Notes: generated by a model not told the origin, from the sequence alone. A stretch of 64,000 nt of DNA from Acidobacteriota bacterium (GCA_965248695.1 CBDFKD010000001.1:1-64000), one strand, 5' to 3'; shown: positions 34,481-45,504, counted from the stretch's first letter. Program-made: numbers and translations.

Positions 34481-36163
34481 TCAGCGCTGGCGAGATGCTG
34501 CCCGGGCGGCGCTGAACTCGGATCCCTCCGACCACGCTGGCCAGTCGGCGCCCTCGCTTAGCTCGAAGCCGGCGGCGAAGAGCGCGCGCAGATCTGCCTC
34601 AGCTCCGGCTAGATTCCAGGTCGCGTCGAACTCGTCGCTGGGGCGATGGTAGTGGAGCGAGTTGTACTGTCGGCGGACGAGATCGGAGTAGTCGTCGGGG
34701 CGTCCGATAAAACGGACGCCGGCATCGGTGTACAGCGCCGGTATGCCGATCTTGGCCAAGGGAAAGTGGTCGGATCGATAGTAAAAGCCCTTGTCCGGCT
34801 CAGGATCGGGGCTGAGCGTTCGGCCCACGGGCTCGATGGCGCGAAGCAAGACATCGTCGAGCTGCGAGTTCCCGAGGCCGACCACCGTGATGTCCTCGGT
34901 CTGGCCCCAGATATTGAGGCCGTCGATATTGATCGCCGCCACCGTAGCGCCCGGCGCCACCAGCGGATTGGCAGCGTAGTACGCCGAACCGAGAAGGCCC
35001 TTCTCTTCCAGCGTCGTTGCAACGAACAGATGCGAGCGGCGCGTGGGTTGCTCGAGCGACGCGTAGGCCTCGGCGATCTCGAGCAGGCCGGCGACGCCGG
35101 TGGCGTTGTCGAGCGCGCCGTTGTAGATGCCGTCGCCCTCGATTCCTGGATCCTCTCCGAGGTGATCCCAGTGGGCCGTCCACAGGATGTACTCGTTGGC
35201 GGCGTCTTCGTCGCGTCCGCGCAGCTGGCCGACGACGTTGTACGAGGAGATTCGGCGCAGGTTGTTGTCGATGTGCACCGTCATCGCGGCGCCGAGGTCC
35301 ACGGGCTCGAAATCGGGGCTCGCAGCGTCGGCAATTGACTCGGCAAGGATGAGCCCGGCGGCGGTGAATAGCTCGTCGGCGGTACGCTGCGAGACCCAGC
35401 CTTCGAAGCGAACCGGGGCTGGCTGATCGGTTGGCGCCGGCAGGCTGAACTGTGGCCCGGTCCAGGAACTGCGAACCACGTCCCAGCCGTAGCCCGCCGC
35501 GTCGGTCTCGTGCACGATGAGCACGCCGGCGGCCCCCTGCCGCGCCGCTTCCTCGTACTTGTACGTCCAGCGGCCATAGTAGGTCATCGCGTCGTCACCG
35601 AACTTCCCGGGCACCGGCGGGTCGTTGACTAGCAGCACGACGATGGCACCGCGCAGGTCGCGCTTGTAGTCGTTCCAGTCCTCTTCGGGCGCCACCACGC
35701 CGTATCCGGCGAAGATCAGCGGGGCGGTGACATCGATTGCCGGCTCCTCGTGACGCGTCCACGCGACGAAGTCGTCGCCGTAGGCCAGGTCGTCCAGCTG
35801 GCCGCGCTGGGCAGCTGCACGGCTCCGGGGGGCCCGAAGACGCGCAGTGGTGGGGTTAACCGTTATCTCGGCCACCGGAACCCGTTGTCGCCATGTAGCG
35901 GCGCCGTCCGCGCCAGGGTCGCCGAACGGCTCGACACCGATGCGCTCGAGCTCTCCTTGCAGGAAGCTGAGCGTGATGGGCTCGCCACGACCGGCGGGTC
36001 CGCGTCCGGCGAAGTCGTCGGAGGCCAGCGTCCGTGTGAGGCGGGCGACGTCGGCCGCGCTGATCGTCGCCGCGCCGCTATTGGCATCGGGGCCGGAGCA
36101 CCCCGCCGTCAACAGCGCCACGACCATCGTCGCCGCGGCGACGGGCCGACGTTCCGAGCTCAT
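34481..36163 (-). CDS. M28-family peptidase with PA domain
   Basis: AHWDHLG, NGALDNATG, EEKGLLGS, RSDH, YH. Confidence 0.92.
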   Translation of the reverse strand: MSSERRPVAAATMVVALLTAGCSGPDANSGAATISAADVARLTRTLASDDFAGRGPAGRGEPITLSFLQGELERIGVEPFGDPGADGAATWRQRVPVAEITVNPTTARLRAPRSRAAAQRGQLDDLAYGDDFVAWTRHEEPAIDVTAPLIFAGYGVVAPEEDWNDYKRDLRGAIVVLLVNDPPVPGKFGDDAMTYYGRWTYKYEEAARQGAAGVLIVHETDAAGYGWDVVRSSWTGPQFSLPAPTDQPAPVRFEGWVSQRTADELFTAAGLILAESIADAASPDFEPVDLGAAMTVHIDNNLRRISSYNVVGQLRGRDEDAANEYILWTAHWDHLGEDPGIEGDGIYNGALDNATGVAGLLEIAEAYASLEQPTRRSHLFVATTLEEKGLLGSAYYAANPLVAPGATVAAINIDGLNIWGQTEDITVVGLGNSQLDDVLLRAIEPVGRTLSPDPEPDKGFYYRSDHFPLAKIGIPALYTDAGVRFIGRPDDYSDLVRRQYNSLHYHRPSDEFDATWNLAGAEADLRALFAAGFELSEGADWPAWSEGSEFSAARAASRQR

Positions 36164-38238
36164 CGAGTCGTCTTGGTCGCCGACACGTTGCTACCGGGCC
36201 GCATGTCGAACGTAACCGATAGCGACCGCGGCGGCCCGAGGAGTAGCACTGAGGTGCGCCCTACCTCCAGACGCTCATCGAGGAGGTTCTGGGCCCGAAG
36301 CCCTAGCGTCAGCTGATCGGAGAAATGCCAGTCGAACGCTGCATCGAGGCTGCTGCCGGAGGCCAGTGGGCGGAAGTTGAGGTCGTCCTCGAACTGCTCT
36401 CCGGTGAGGTGCAGGCCGACCAGCGCCCCCCATCGATTCTCGGTCCACGCCAGCGATCCGCGCAGACGATAGGTGGGCACCTGCGGCAGCCGGTTGCCAA
36501 CCAGCGACACCAAGGGCTGTCCGGACACCACCAGATTCTCATCGATGCGTGTGCTGATCAGCGAGCTGACCACGTTGGCGGTAAACCCACCACGCTGCAG
36601 CGACGCGTCGATCTCCACCCCACGTACGGTTGCAGCGCCGAGGTTGAGGCGTTGGCGCAGAAGTAACGTGGGCGTGCTGCCGACGGTGGCATTGATCACC
36701 GCGTTGCGCAGCCGATTCCAGTAGCCGGTGATCCCAAGGCGGAATCGGCCTCCGGAGACCGCACTTCCCGACGACCAGTCGGCGCCGATCTCGGCGCCGG
36801 TGAGGCGCTCCTCGGTGAGCTCGTCGTTGGCGCGTGTGGAGACGTTGCCGACGCGGAACGCCCGATAGAGCTCGTTGAGAGTCGGAGCACGGAACGATCG
36901 ATAGCCGGCGGCACGCAGTCGCCAGTCACCGGTAGGGCTGAAAACCACGCCAGCACGAGACGACAACGTCGATCGCGAGCGCGACGGATCGTCCGGATCG
37001 CGCGGGTTGTTATGCCAGCTGTCGCCGCGCAACGAGGCGTCGAGGTGCCACGAATCTCCGGCGCGCGCCTGTGCCGAGACGAACACCCCGCCAACGTTCT
37101 GCGTGCCCCCCGGATCGCGCGAGAACCCGGCTAGAAGCACGTCCTCGTTGCTCACTCCGCCGACCCGGCGCCAGTCCGCTCCGGCGCCGAGCACCAGGCC
37201 CTCACCGTACTGGCGCCAGGCATTGGCGGTGAGCCCGGTTTCCCAGGACGGTACTTCTTGATCTAGCACCGCCAGCTCGCGCGAGCGCGCCGCGATGACG
37301 GCGGAGAAACGGCTGTTGAACCGCTGCCGCCGCACGAACCCAGCTACCCGGTGTCCGTCGGTACCCGTGCCGCCGCTGTAGGACACGCTGAGGCCGAATG
37401 CGCGCGTCGAGTTTGTTTGTTCTGGCGTGCCGTTGTCGCGCGCCTCGTGGAACGCCTCGAGCCCCACGAGCAGTCCCGGCGCCAGATTGGCCCGTAGCAT
37501 CGCCGTCTGATGGCTGGTCCCAACCTCCTGGTCCACCGCGCCGCGGTCGGCGTCGCTGACTGCGATGTAGCCGCCTGTGTCGAAGGCGTCCGCAGCCAGG
37601 ATTAGGTTTTGCTTGGCGTTGCCAGCCGTCAGCGCGAAGCCGCCGCCGAAGGTTGACTGATTCCCGGCCCGACCATGGACCTGCACGCTCCCGCGACCAG
37701 CCCGCGGCGGACGGGACACGATCTGGAGCGTACCGGCCAGCGCCTGGTTGCCGAACGATCCCGAAGCTCCGCCGAGCACTATCTCGACGCGCTCGATGAG
37801 TAGCGTGGGCGTGCGGCTCCAGTACACCCAGCCGCCGAACGCATCGGTGTGCGGCAGGCCGTCGAACAGCACGAGTGCGCGACTCGTTCCGCTGGGAGAC
37901 ACGCCGCGAAGATTGAGTCCCTGTGACGTCGGGTGCGCGGCGCGCGCCGGGCTGCGTCTGAGAAGGCTGAACTGCGGCGCCCAGCGCAGCGCCTCGTCGA
38001 GCCCGAGCCCCGGGCGCCGGCGTAGTTCGTCGGCACTGACGATAGTGGCGTGTGCGGAGATCTCCTCCAGGTCGAAGGGCCGTCGCGTCGCGGTGACCGT
38101 GATGATCTGTTCGAGGCGCTGCTCCTGCGGTTCCTCCTGTGTCTGCGGTTCCTGCGCCGACGCTCGAGGTGCGGTCAAGGTCATGGCACCCGCCAGAAGG
38201 ATGGCACCAGCGCTCACCGCTGGGCTTTTGCTCGTCAT
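36160..38238 (-). CDS. TonB-dependent receptor
   Basis: ITVTATR, plug domain, FRAPTLNELY, QNLLD. Confidence 0.9.
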   Translation of the reverse strand: MTSKSPAVSAGAILLAGAMTLTAPRASAQEPQTQEEPQEQRLEQIITVTATRRPFDLEEISAHATIVSADELRRRPGLGLDEALRWAPQFSLLRRSPARAAHPTSQGLNLRGVSPSGTSRALVLFDGLPHTDAFGGWVYWSRTPTLLIERVEIVLGGASGSFGNQALAGTLQIVSRPPRAGRGSVQVHGRAGNQSTFGGGFALTAGNAKQNLILAADAFDTGGYIAVSDADRGAVDQEVGTSHQTAMLRANLAPGLLVGLEAFHEARDNGTPEQTNSTRAFGLSVSYSGGTGTDGHRVAGFVRRQRFNSRFSAVIAARSRELAVLDQEVPSWETGLTANAWRQYGEGLVLGAGADWRRVGGVSNEDVLLAGFSRDPGGTQNVGGVFVSAQARAGDSWHLDASLRGDSWHNNPRDPDDPSRSRSTLSSRAGVVFSPTGDWRLRAAGYRSFRAPTLNELYRAFRVGNVSTRANDELTEERLTGAEIGADWSSGSAVSGGRFRLGITGYWNRLRNAVINATVGSTPTLLLRQRLNLGAATVRGVEIDASLQRGGFTANVVSSLISTRIDENLVVSGQPLVSLVGNRLPQVPTYRLRGSLAWTENRWGALVGLHLTGEQFEDDLNFRPLASGSSLDAAFDWHFSDQLTLGLRAQNLLDERLEVGRTSVLLLGPPRSLSVTFDMRPGSNVSATKTTR

Positions 38239-39224
38239 TGGATCGCCCTCGACGCGTTCGGGGAAATGAGTGCGGGTAGGGTAGCGAGATCGACATTGCC
38301 TCCGGAGAGGACGACGATCACGCGGCTACCTGGCTCTAAAGGTAACCGGCGCTCCAGCAGTGCCGCGACTGGTGCGGCGGCGGATGGCTCGATGAGCAGC
38401 TTCGCCCGCTCGATGACCAGGCCGAGGGCGGCGCCGATCTCGTCATCGGAAACCAACACGACCTGCTCGACGAACTGCTGCGCGGCGTCGAGGTTCAGAT
38501 GCCCGACGAACGGCGGAGAGAGACCGTCGGCGATCGATTCCACATGGTCGAGCTGCACCGGCTCACCGGCAGCGAGGGCAGCGGTCATCGTCGCCGCGCC
38601 TTCTGGCTCGACGGCGAACAGGCGCATGCCCTTGTCAAGGCCGCCGTAGGCGACCCCCAGACCGCCGCACAGTCCGCCGCCGCCAACGCCACAGACGATC
38701 GCGTCCGCGTCGGGCATCTGCGCTTCGATCTCCAGGCCGAGTGTGCCGTGACCGGCGATCAGCATCGGATCATCGAACGGGTGCAGCAAAGTGAGCCCGC
38801 GCGACAGGCGCAGCTCCTCGAGCTTCTCGAAGGCCGCGTGCACGTCGCCGTGCAGCACCACCTCGGCGCCGTAGTCGCGGGTTGCCGCGACCTTGCTGGC
38901 CACCGCGTTCTCCGGCATGACGAGTACCGCGTGGACACCGGCGGTGCGCGCCGCGAAGGCTACCCCCTGGGCATTGTTGCCTGCCGAGATCGTGATCACC
39001 CCGGCGTCGCGCTGCTCCTGCGACAGCGTCGCGATGCGGTTCAGCGCCCCGCGTGGCTTGAACGAACCCGTCTTTTGCAGGCACTCGCACTTGAGCCAGA
39101 CTTCCAGACCAGTGCGCTCCGACAGGGTGCGCGACGACAGCAGCGGGGTGCGATGCAGGTGCGGCGTCACCCGTGGTACGGCGGCGCGGACATCGTCGAT
39201 TCCCGGCAGCTGCAGATTCCCCAT
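38235..39224 (-). CDS. PLP-dependent threonine/serine dehydratase
   Basis: LQKTGSFKPRGA, SAGN, GGGGL, SGGN. Confidence 0.9.
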   Translation of the reverse strand: MGNLQLPGIDDVRAAVPRVTPHLHRTPLLSSRTLSERTGLEVWLKCECLQKTGSFKPRGALNRIATLSQEQRDAGVITISAGNNAQGVAFAARTAGVHAVLVMPENAVASKVAATRDYGAEVVLHGDVHAAFEKLEELRLSRGLTLLHPFDDPMLIAGHGTLGLEIEAQMPDADAIVCGVGGGGLCGGLGVAYGGLDKGMRLFAVEPEGAATMTAALAAGEPVQLDHVESIADGLSPPFVGHLNLDAAQQFVEQVVLVSDDEIGAALGLVIERAKLLIEPSAAAPVAALLERRLPLEPGSRVIVVLSGGNVDLATLPALISPNASRAIQ

Positions 39225-39334
39225 GGGGCGGCACACTAGCAGGTCGCTGCACGATACGTTCCGTCACCGTATACTGGCCGCGGCCCGGCGCATCCTGGTG
39301 CGCCTCTTGGCCCGAGCGACTCCGGAGCTAGGCG

Positions 39335-39949
39335 ATGCTGAGCGACTTTCTACACGCACTGCGGCGCGGCCGCTTCGACCAGCTGCGCTACTTCCGCCAC
39401 ACTCACTCGCCGCTGTCTCCATGGCGCGCCACGATCAACGAGGTCGTGCGGGCTGCGGCGCAGGAGGCGGAACGGTACGGCATCCGCGCCGGGGTCGATC
39501 GCCGCCGGGCGTATCAAGTGGCGCGCATGGTGGTTTCCAACCGCCATGGCGAGCATCTGTCGGATCAGGTTCCGGATGCGTACCTGGCGTACTCGCCACC
39601 GTCCGCGGCCACTTTCCACAACGGCAAGCGGAGCTACCCAGCGCCGCAACAGCGTCGGCGCGAGTTCCTCGCCCATCCACAGACACTGGCTTATATGTAT
39701 ACGCCGCCCAAGCTGTCGCGGCTCGGGCTGGGCGGATCGATGGCGGGTGGCGTGGCGGTGATCGAGCCCGGCGACGAGGCCGGGATAGCCTCCAAGACCG
39801 TCATGGCCCGGCTTCAGAAGCTCGGCGCCGGCAAGGCACCGCCGTCCGATTTGGGCGCCTACGCCGATGTCCTGTTGAAGTTGCACGCTGGCCTGCCGGT
39901 CGAGGCGCCCGCCGACGATCCCGAGGAGCCGCAGGAACAGGCCGCCTGA
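39335..39949 (+). CDS. Hypothetical protein
   Basis: GGAG RBS, 204 aa. Confidence 0.65.
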   Translation: MLSDFLHALRRGRFDQLRYFRHTHSPLSPWRATINEVVRAAAQEAERYGIRAGVDRRRAYQVARMVVSNRHGEHLSDQVPDAYLAYSPPSAATFHNGKRSYPAPQQRRREFLAHPQTLAYMYTPPKLSRLGLGGSMAGGVAVIEPGDEAGIASKTVMARLQKLGAGKAPPSDLGAYADVLLKLHAGLPVEAPADDPEEPQEQAA

Positions 39950-40025
39950 CGCACGGGTAGAACGCACGCGAATGTCGGCCTCACAGGTCGAGCACACGGA
40001 CGCGTGCCTCCCGGGTCGGATGCAC

Positions 40026-40060
40026 AAGAAAGGGCGACCGATCAGCGATCGGCCGCCCCT
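40026..40060 (-). terminator. Intrinsic terminator
   Basis: GGGCGGCCGATC-GCT-GATCGGTCGCCC followed by TTTCTT on the minus strand. Confidence 0.65.
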
Positions 40061-40078
40061 TGATGTCGAGATCCGAGC

Positions 40079-40858
40079 TCAGGGCTTGCGGAACTTGAGC
40101 ACGTAGCGGTCGGTCTTGTAGCGCCCGTCATCGAAACCGGACGTAGTGTGGTCGTCGTCCGGGTTGCGCAGGATGTCGGAGCTGCCGGCAAGCTCGAACC
40201 CGCCGGCGGTGAACTCGTCGATCACCGTTTGCTCGTTCAGCCGGTGGGTCTCCTCGTGCCAGCCCTCATGCGGCGTGGCAACCTCGACGATGCCGACGAT
40301 GCCACCGGGCTTCATTGCTCCCAACAGCTGTCCCACGGTGGCCTGGCGACCGCCGCCGAACTGCTCGGCATCGTGGTAGTTGCGCACGGCGATCGCCACA
40401 TCGAGGCTGCCCGCCGGAACGTCGGCAATCCCGTTGACGACCTGGACGTTTCCGAGCCCGTCGCTGGCGACGCGCTCATTGATGGCGTCGAGCGTCGCGA
40501 ACTGCCCGTCGGCATAGAACTCCATCACCGCGTATACAGTACCGGCGTCACCCATGAGTCGGGACAGCAGGTGCGTGTTGTATCCGCCGCCGGGCCACAC
40601 GTCGGCCACGGTCGTTCCCGGCTCGACGCCGAAGAACTCGTACACTTCGAGCGCCTTGCGATACTCGTCCTGGGCGACCTCTTCCTCGGGCCGGGCTGCG
40701 TCAGCCAGCACGCCGCGGTCGAGTCCGGGGGGCATCTCCTCGGCCGGCTCCTCGGCCGCTGGTGCCTCCGCGGTCTCTTCGGCTGCGCCGCAACCGATGG
40801 CGCCAACCGCGACGATCAGCACGAACGCCAGTGTCCAAGGCCAGGTTCGTCTCTGCAT
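40079..40858 (-). CDS. COG4798-type methyltransferase-like lipoprotein
   Basis: Lipobox AIGC; ADVWPGGGY, RNYHD, LRNPDD. Confidence 0.85.
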   Translation of the reverse strand: MQRRTWPWTLAFVLIVAVGAIGCGAAEETAEAPAAEEPAEEMPPGLDRGVLADAARPEEEVAQDEYRKALEVYEFFGVEPGTTVADVWPGGGYNTHLLSRLMGDAGTVYAVMEFYADGQFATLDAINERVASDGLGNVQVVNGIADVPAGSLDVAIAVRNYHDAEQFGGGRQATVGQLLGAMKPGGIVGIVEVATPHEGWHEETHRLNEQTVIDEFTAGGFELAGSSDILRNPDDDHTTSGFDDGRYKTDRYVLKFRKP

Positions 40859-40946
40859 CCTGTGGCTCTCCCTGTTTGAGGCGGCTATGGACCGCGAGTC
40901 GTGACCCATCCACGACTCCGCGGAGCAGGACCGCCGAGGCAACCGG

Positions 40947-41756
40947 CTAGTTGGCCGGCTTGCGGTATTTGTGAACGAAACGGTGCACGTAATAGCGGTG
41001 GATCGGGGCGTCGGCTTCCTCGCCTCGCTCGCCCGCGCGCTCGCGCCCATCGAAATCGTACGTGTCGTCGGGGTTCAAAAGCACGTCCGACGCCTCGACG
41101 AACTCGAATCCGGCCGAGGTGATCTCTTCGCGCGACAGGTCGTCATTGATGCGATGGACCGGCTCGTCGCGCTCGTCGGTCTTGTTCGTGTAGGCATCGA
41201 CGACAGCGAAGATCCCGCCGGGCTTGAGCACGCGCATGAAGGCCGGTAGGGCGGCCAGTCGGTCCGGAGCCTCGCCGAGGTCGTGGTAGTTGCGCACTGT
41301 CAGCAGTACGTCGAGCGAGTTCTCCGCCACCTCGGTCGGGTCGGCGACAACCTCGAGGTTGCTGAAGCCGAAAGGATCCAGCCGTCCGGCGAAGCGCTCG
41401 CGGCTCCGTGCCACGCGCTCCGGATCGGCAGGTGCGGGCCCCAGAATCGCCACCACGCTTCCGGTGTCGCCGACGAGCTGGGTCACGATCGCGGTGTTGT
41501 ATCCGCCGCCTGGCCACAGATCGCCAACCGCGACGCCCTCTTCGATGCCGAAGAACTCGTAGACCTCGAGCGGCTTGAAGCCGGCATCGCGGTAGTGATC
41601 GTCTTCGCTGCGCGCCGGATGATCGAGCGCCGATACGGCAACGGGCTCTGGGGCAGCAGCGGCCGGTTCAGCGGGGGGCTCGCTGCCACCGCCACATCCG
41701 ACGGCGAACATACCGACTGCGAGAAGGCTCACGGCAACGGAACAGGACTGGCGCAT
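40947..41756 (-). CDS. COG4798-type methyltransferase-like lipoprotein (paralog)
   Basis: Lipobox AVGC; GDLWPGGGY, RNYHD, LLNPDD. Confidence 0.85.
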   Translation of the reverse strand: MRQSCSVAVSLLAVGMFAVGCGGGSEPPAEPAAAAPEPVAVSALDHPARSEDDHYRDAGFKPLEVYEFFGIEEGVAVGDLWPGGGYNTAIVTQLVGDTGSVVAILGPAPADPERVARSRERFAGRLDPFGFSNLEVVADPTEVAENSLDVLLTVRNYHDLGEAPDRLAALPAFMRVLKPGGIFAVVDAYTNKTDERDEPVHRINDDLSREEITSAGFEFVEASDVLLNPDDTYDFDGRERAGERGEEADAPIHRYYVHRFVHKYRKPAN

Positions 41757-41990
41757 CGTTACTCTCCTTGAGGGGGGACTCCGTAACTCGTTTCGCGGCG
41801 TCGGCGGTGCGCTCGGGGCGGCCAGCCAGTTCTGACCAGCTGATCTTGCACTGCGCCGGTTTCGGATTCGCGCCCGCCTAGGATAGTCGCCGACCTCGGG
41901 CAGCGATAGGCCGACCGCGCAGGCGCATTGTCCGCCCGGCCACTAGAGTATCGGGCACGGGTTCCGGTCAACTGCGAGGGGGTGGGGGAG

Positions 41991-42512
41991 ATGGCAAAGG
42001 TCGCGGTAGCGATGGTGAAGGCGCTCAACGCCCAGGTGGCGCGGGAGCTGCAGGCGAGCCACAACTACCTCGCCATGGCGGTGTACCTGGAGGGCCGGAG
42101 CCTGGAGCACCTGGCGGCGTTCTTCATACGCCAGGCCGACGAGGAGCGCGTCCACGCGATGAAGCTCGTAGCGTATCTCCAGGAGGTCGGTCAGGCCCCG
42201 GTCGTCCCGGCACTGAAGCGCCCGAAGGCCCGCTATTCCTCGGTCAGCGATGTGTTCAAGACATCGCTCAAACAGGAACAAGCGGTCACCAGGGCGATCC
42301 ACGAGCTCGTTGATTCGGCTCAGCGGAGCAAGGACTACGCTACATTCCAGTTCCTGCAATGGTTCGTTACCGAGCAGGTCGAAGAAGAGGCGTCGTTTGG
42401 CAAGCTGATCGACGTGATCGAGATGTCGCAGAACGTCCTGCAAGTGGAGCATTACGTGCGCCACATGATGGGCGGGCCGGCGGAGTCGGGCGGCGATTCG
42501 TCAGACGGCTAG
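41991..42512 (+). CDS. ftn: Ferritin
   Basis: LNAQV..E...Y, EERVHAMK, FLQWFVTEQVEEE. Confidence 0.9.
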   Translation: MAKVAVAMVKALNAQVARELQASHNYLAMAVYLEGRSLEHLAAFFIRQADEERVHAMKLVAYLQEVGQAPVVPALKRPKARYSSVSDVFKTSLKQEQAVTRAIHELVDSAQRSKDYATFQFLQWFVTEQVEEEASFGKLIDVIEMSQNVLQVEHYVRHMMGGPAESGGDSSDG

Positions 42513-43492
42513 TCCGCGACGCTATCTCTCTGGTTCGCGCCGCCACGTGCGCTGGCCCAGGCCGCCAGTCCGGGAAGCAGCGCGATCAGCAGCGTGATTG
42601 GCGAAACCAGGAACGAGATCGCCGCCGCCGGGGCATGCCCCATGAGCCCGAGCCAGGTTGCCGCGTAGGCAAAGCCACCCTGCTCCACGCCGATGCCGGC
42701 GGCCGAGATCGGCAGCCGTGCCACCAGATAGACGATCGGCACGACGGCCGCCATCTCGACCATGGTGGTTGGCACATCGAGCGCCGCCGCTGCTGCCAGA
42801 TAGGTAGCGATCGGGAAGAGTCCCTCCAGCAAGGTCAGTAGCAGGAATACCCAGATCTCACGCGGGTGATCCCGCCAGCTGGCGTACTCGCCGGCCAGCG
42901 CCCCGAGTTTCCCGGGCAGCCCGGGGCGCTGCCCGAGTCGGGCGTGTGCGCCGGCTGCGATCCTGAAGGACAGCGGCAGGCTCAGGCTGAGCACCAGCAC
43001 CGCAGCGGCCGCCGATACCATCAAGGTCGAGCCCTCGATCGGTACCTGCATTTGAAGCGCCAGGATGAGCCCCACGCTGAAGGCGCAGAACACCGCCTGC
43101 GCCAGAGCGCCCAGGGCCCGCTCCAGTGCGATGGAAGCGATCAGCGTATCCGTGCGAACCGGACCGTCGCGCATGACGCCGATGCGCACGACGTCCGCAC
43201 CGACCGTCATGGGCAAGAAGATGCTCGCGAACGAAGACACGTAGTAGGCGCGCGTGGCCTCGCCGAGACCCACGTCGACACCCTTTGCGAGCAGCAACCG
43301 GCGCCACTTGTAGGCCATCAGCAGCCGATCGCCGGTGTGCAGCAGCACGACGACGGCGGCGCCCGCCAGCGACACTCGCCCGAGGTTGGCGGCCACCTCG
43401 CCGAGCCCGGCACGCCACAGCACCAAGGCCACCAGGCCAAAACTCACGGCCATGCGCACCGCGAGCTGGAGACGTCGCGGACTCCGGCTCAT
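42509..43492 (-). CDS. Lysylphosphatidylglycerol-synthase-TM-domain (flippase-like) protein
   Basis: KWRRLL, FLP..VGADVVR, LPIS.AGIGV. Confidence 0.85.
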   Translation of the reverse strand: MSRSPRRLQLAVRMAVSFGLVALVLWRAGLGEVAANLGRVSLAGAAVVVLLHTGDRLLMAYKWRRLLLAKGVDVGLGEATRAYYVSSFASIFLPMTVGADVVRIGVMRDGPVRTDTLIASIALERALGALAQAVFCAFSVGLILALQMQVPIEGSTLMVSAAAAVLVLSLSLPLSFRIAAGAHARLGQRPGLPGKLGALAGEYASWRDHPREIWVFLLLTLLEGLFPIATYLAAAAALDVPTTMVEMAAVVPIVYLVARLPISAAGIGVEQGGFAYAATWLGLMGHAPAAAISFLVSPITLLIALLPGLAAWASARGGANQRDSVAD

Positions 43493-43677
43493 GCTTTCTG
43501 TTGCTCCGGCGCTAGCGTCCGCATACGCTCCCACCCCCTGAGGTCGCTCGGCACCAATCCTACCGGAATGACCCGATCAGCCCAGTTCGCTCGGAGACAA
43601 CCCGGAGATGACCGGACTTCCCCTGCCGGCGTACATCCGGGCCGTTGCGTTACGGACGAATGTGCGACGCGATTGCG

Positions 43678-45399
43678 TCACGATGCTCCTTCGGAATGCG
43701 GCTTCAGGAGAACGTCGCCCGCCAGCGCTCCGGTGTGGCGACCCTCATCGATCGAGATCACCCCGTTCACCAGCACGAGCTTCACGCCGGTGGCGTACTG
43801 GTGAGCGTCGGCGTACGTGGCGTGGTCGGAGATTGTTGTGGCGTCGAAGACGACCACGTCCGCCTTGAAGCCCTCCAGCAGCAGGCCTCGGTCCTTCATG
43901 CCCAGAAACTGCGCCGGCAGCGAGGTCATCTTGCGCACGGCGTCGGGGAGGGTCAGCAGACCCTCGTCGCGAACGAAGCGACGCAGCACGATCGATTGAC
44001 TGGCGTACGACCGCGGATGGGCGCGTACCGGTGGGGCGCCGTCGTTCACGGGGGCGAAGCCCTCGCCGTCGCTGCTGATCATCACCCAGTCCTGAGGGAG
44101 CGCGTGCTGCATGTCGTCGGGCGATTGCGATGCCGCAGCGTAAAGAATGTCTGGCTCGTCGAGGATCAGGTCGGCGACGATGTCGAAGCCATCCCTGCCT
44201 TGATCCTCCATCAGCTCGTCGATCGTCCTGTCGAGCAGTTCGGGGTGCTTCTCGGTGACCTTGATGCGGAAGTCATGCCACCCCCAGCGCGCTACCCAGC
44301 TGGGATCCGTCCGCCGGGGCTCATAGGTGGAGGCGCGAAGCCGGGCACGCATGGCGTCATCGCCAAGGGCGCGCTGTAACTCCGCCACGAACTGGCGCCG
44401 GATCGCGTCGCGTTCCTGCACCGAGACGTCGGCGCTGCGCTCGCTGCGCCGCATCCGGCGACGCAAGTCGGCCAGCGGAACCAGATCGGTGGGAACGTCG
44501 ACCAGATCGGTGATGAAATCGATCGGAGCGCCCTGCAAGAAAGGGTATTGATCGGCGGTGATTGGCACACCGCGAGCCCGTGCCTCGTTGACCATGGCCA
44601 CGACGCGGCGCATCTCGTCCCAGTTGTCGCGACCGGTGGCCTTCAGGTGAGTGATCTGCACCGGCACGCCGGTATCTTCGCCGATGCGGATGATCTCGTC
44701 GGCGGCCTCGAGGATGCTCCCCGCCTCGTCGCGCATGTGCGAGATATACACGCCGCCGAACTCCGCCACGGGCTCGCTGACCGCGACGACCTCCTCGGTG
44801 CTGACGTGGATATTGAGGCCGCCGTACTCGAGCCCGGTGCTGATGCCCCAGGCGCCCTCGCTCATTCCCTGGCTCACCAGCGACCTCATGCGGGCGATCT
44901 CTTCAGGGGTCGCGGGGCGCTGATCATCGTCGCCCATCACCTCGCGCCGGATGCGGTTGAACGGCGCCATCATGACGGCGTTGGCGCCGATTCCACCGGC
45001 CTCCCAGCGCGCCTTGGTCGCCGCGATTCGGAAGCTGCCCGAGCCGTCGCTTCCGGTGCGCACCGTGGTGACGCCCTGAATCAGGTAATTGAGGATGGCG
45101 TTGGCCTCGGTGCTCTCGAAGGCGTCGTCGACGTGAGTGTGCAGATCGATGAAGCCCGGTGCCACCACCATCCCGTCCGCATCGATCCTCCGGGAGGCAC
45201 CGCGGCTCGAGAGGTTGCCAATCTCGGCGATCGTGTCGCCGCGGATACCGACGTCGGCGACGAACCACGGGTTGCCGGTGCCGTTGACGATGCGGCCGTT
45301 GATGATCAGCAGGTCGAAGTCGGCGGCCGGAATCTGCGCGCTGGCGGTCGGAGCGATCGAGGCGGCGACGACAGCCAGAACAAGTGTGCGAGATCTCAT
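43678..45399 (-). CDS. N-acyl-D-amino-acid deacylase family amidohydrolase
   Basis: APGFIDLHTH, SHMRDE, HPRSY, KMTSLPA. Confidence 0.9.
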   Translation of the reverse strand: MRSRTLVLAVVAASIAPTASAQIPAADFDLLIINGRIVNGTGNPWFVADVGIRGDTIAEIGNLSSRGASRRIDADGMVVAPGFIDLHTHVDDAFESTEANAILNYLIQGVTTVRTGSDGSGSFRIAATKARWEAGGIGANAVMMAPFNRIRREVMGDDDQRPATPEEIARMRSLVSQGMSEGAWGISTGLEYGGLNIHVSTEEVVAVSEPVAEFGGVYISHMRDEAGSILEAADEIIRIGEDTGVPVQITHLKATGRDNWDEMRRVVAMVNEARARGVPITADQYPFLQGAPIDFITDLVDVPTDLVPLADLRRRMRRSERSADVSVQERDAIRRQFVAELQRALGDDAMRARLRASTYEPRRTDPSWVARWGWHDFRIKVTEKHPELLDRTIDELMEDQGRDGFDIVADLILDEPDILYAAASQSPDDMQHALPQDWVMISSDGEGFAPVNDGAPPVRAHPRSYASQSIVLRRFVRDEGLLTLPDAVRKMTSLPAQFLGMKDRGLLLEGFKADVVVFDATTISDHATYADAHQYATGVKLVLVNGVISIDEGRHTGALAGDVLLKPHSEGAS

Positions 45400-45504
45400 G
45401 GGTCGAGTTGCCGTCGCCGAGCGGCGTGTCGGCGCGTCGCCATGCCTCGGTGAGGTGGAGCGATGCCGTATAGGATGCCGGCAGCCGGAGGGAGGAATTC
45501 GCGC

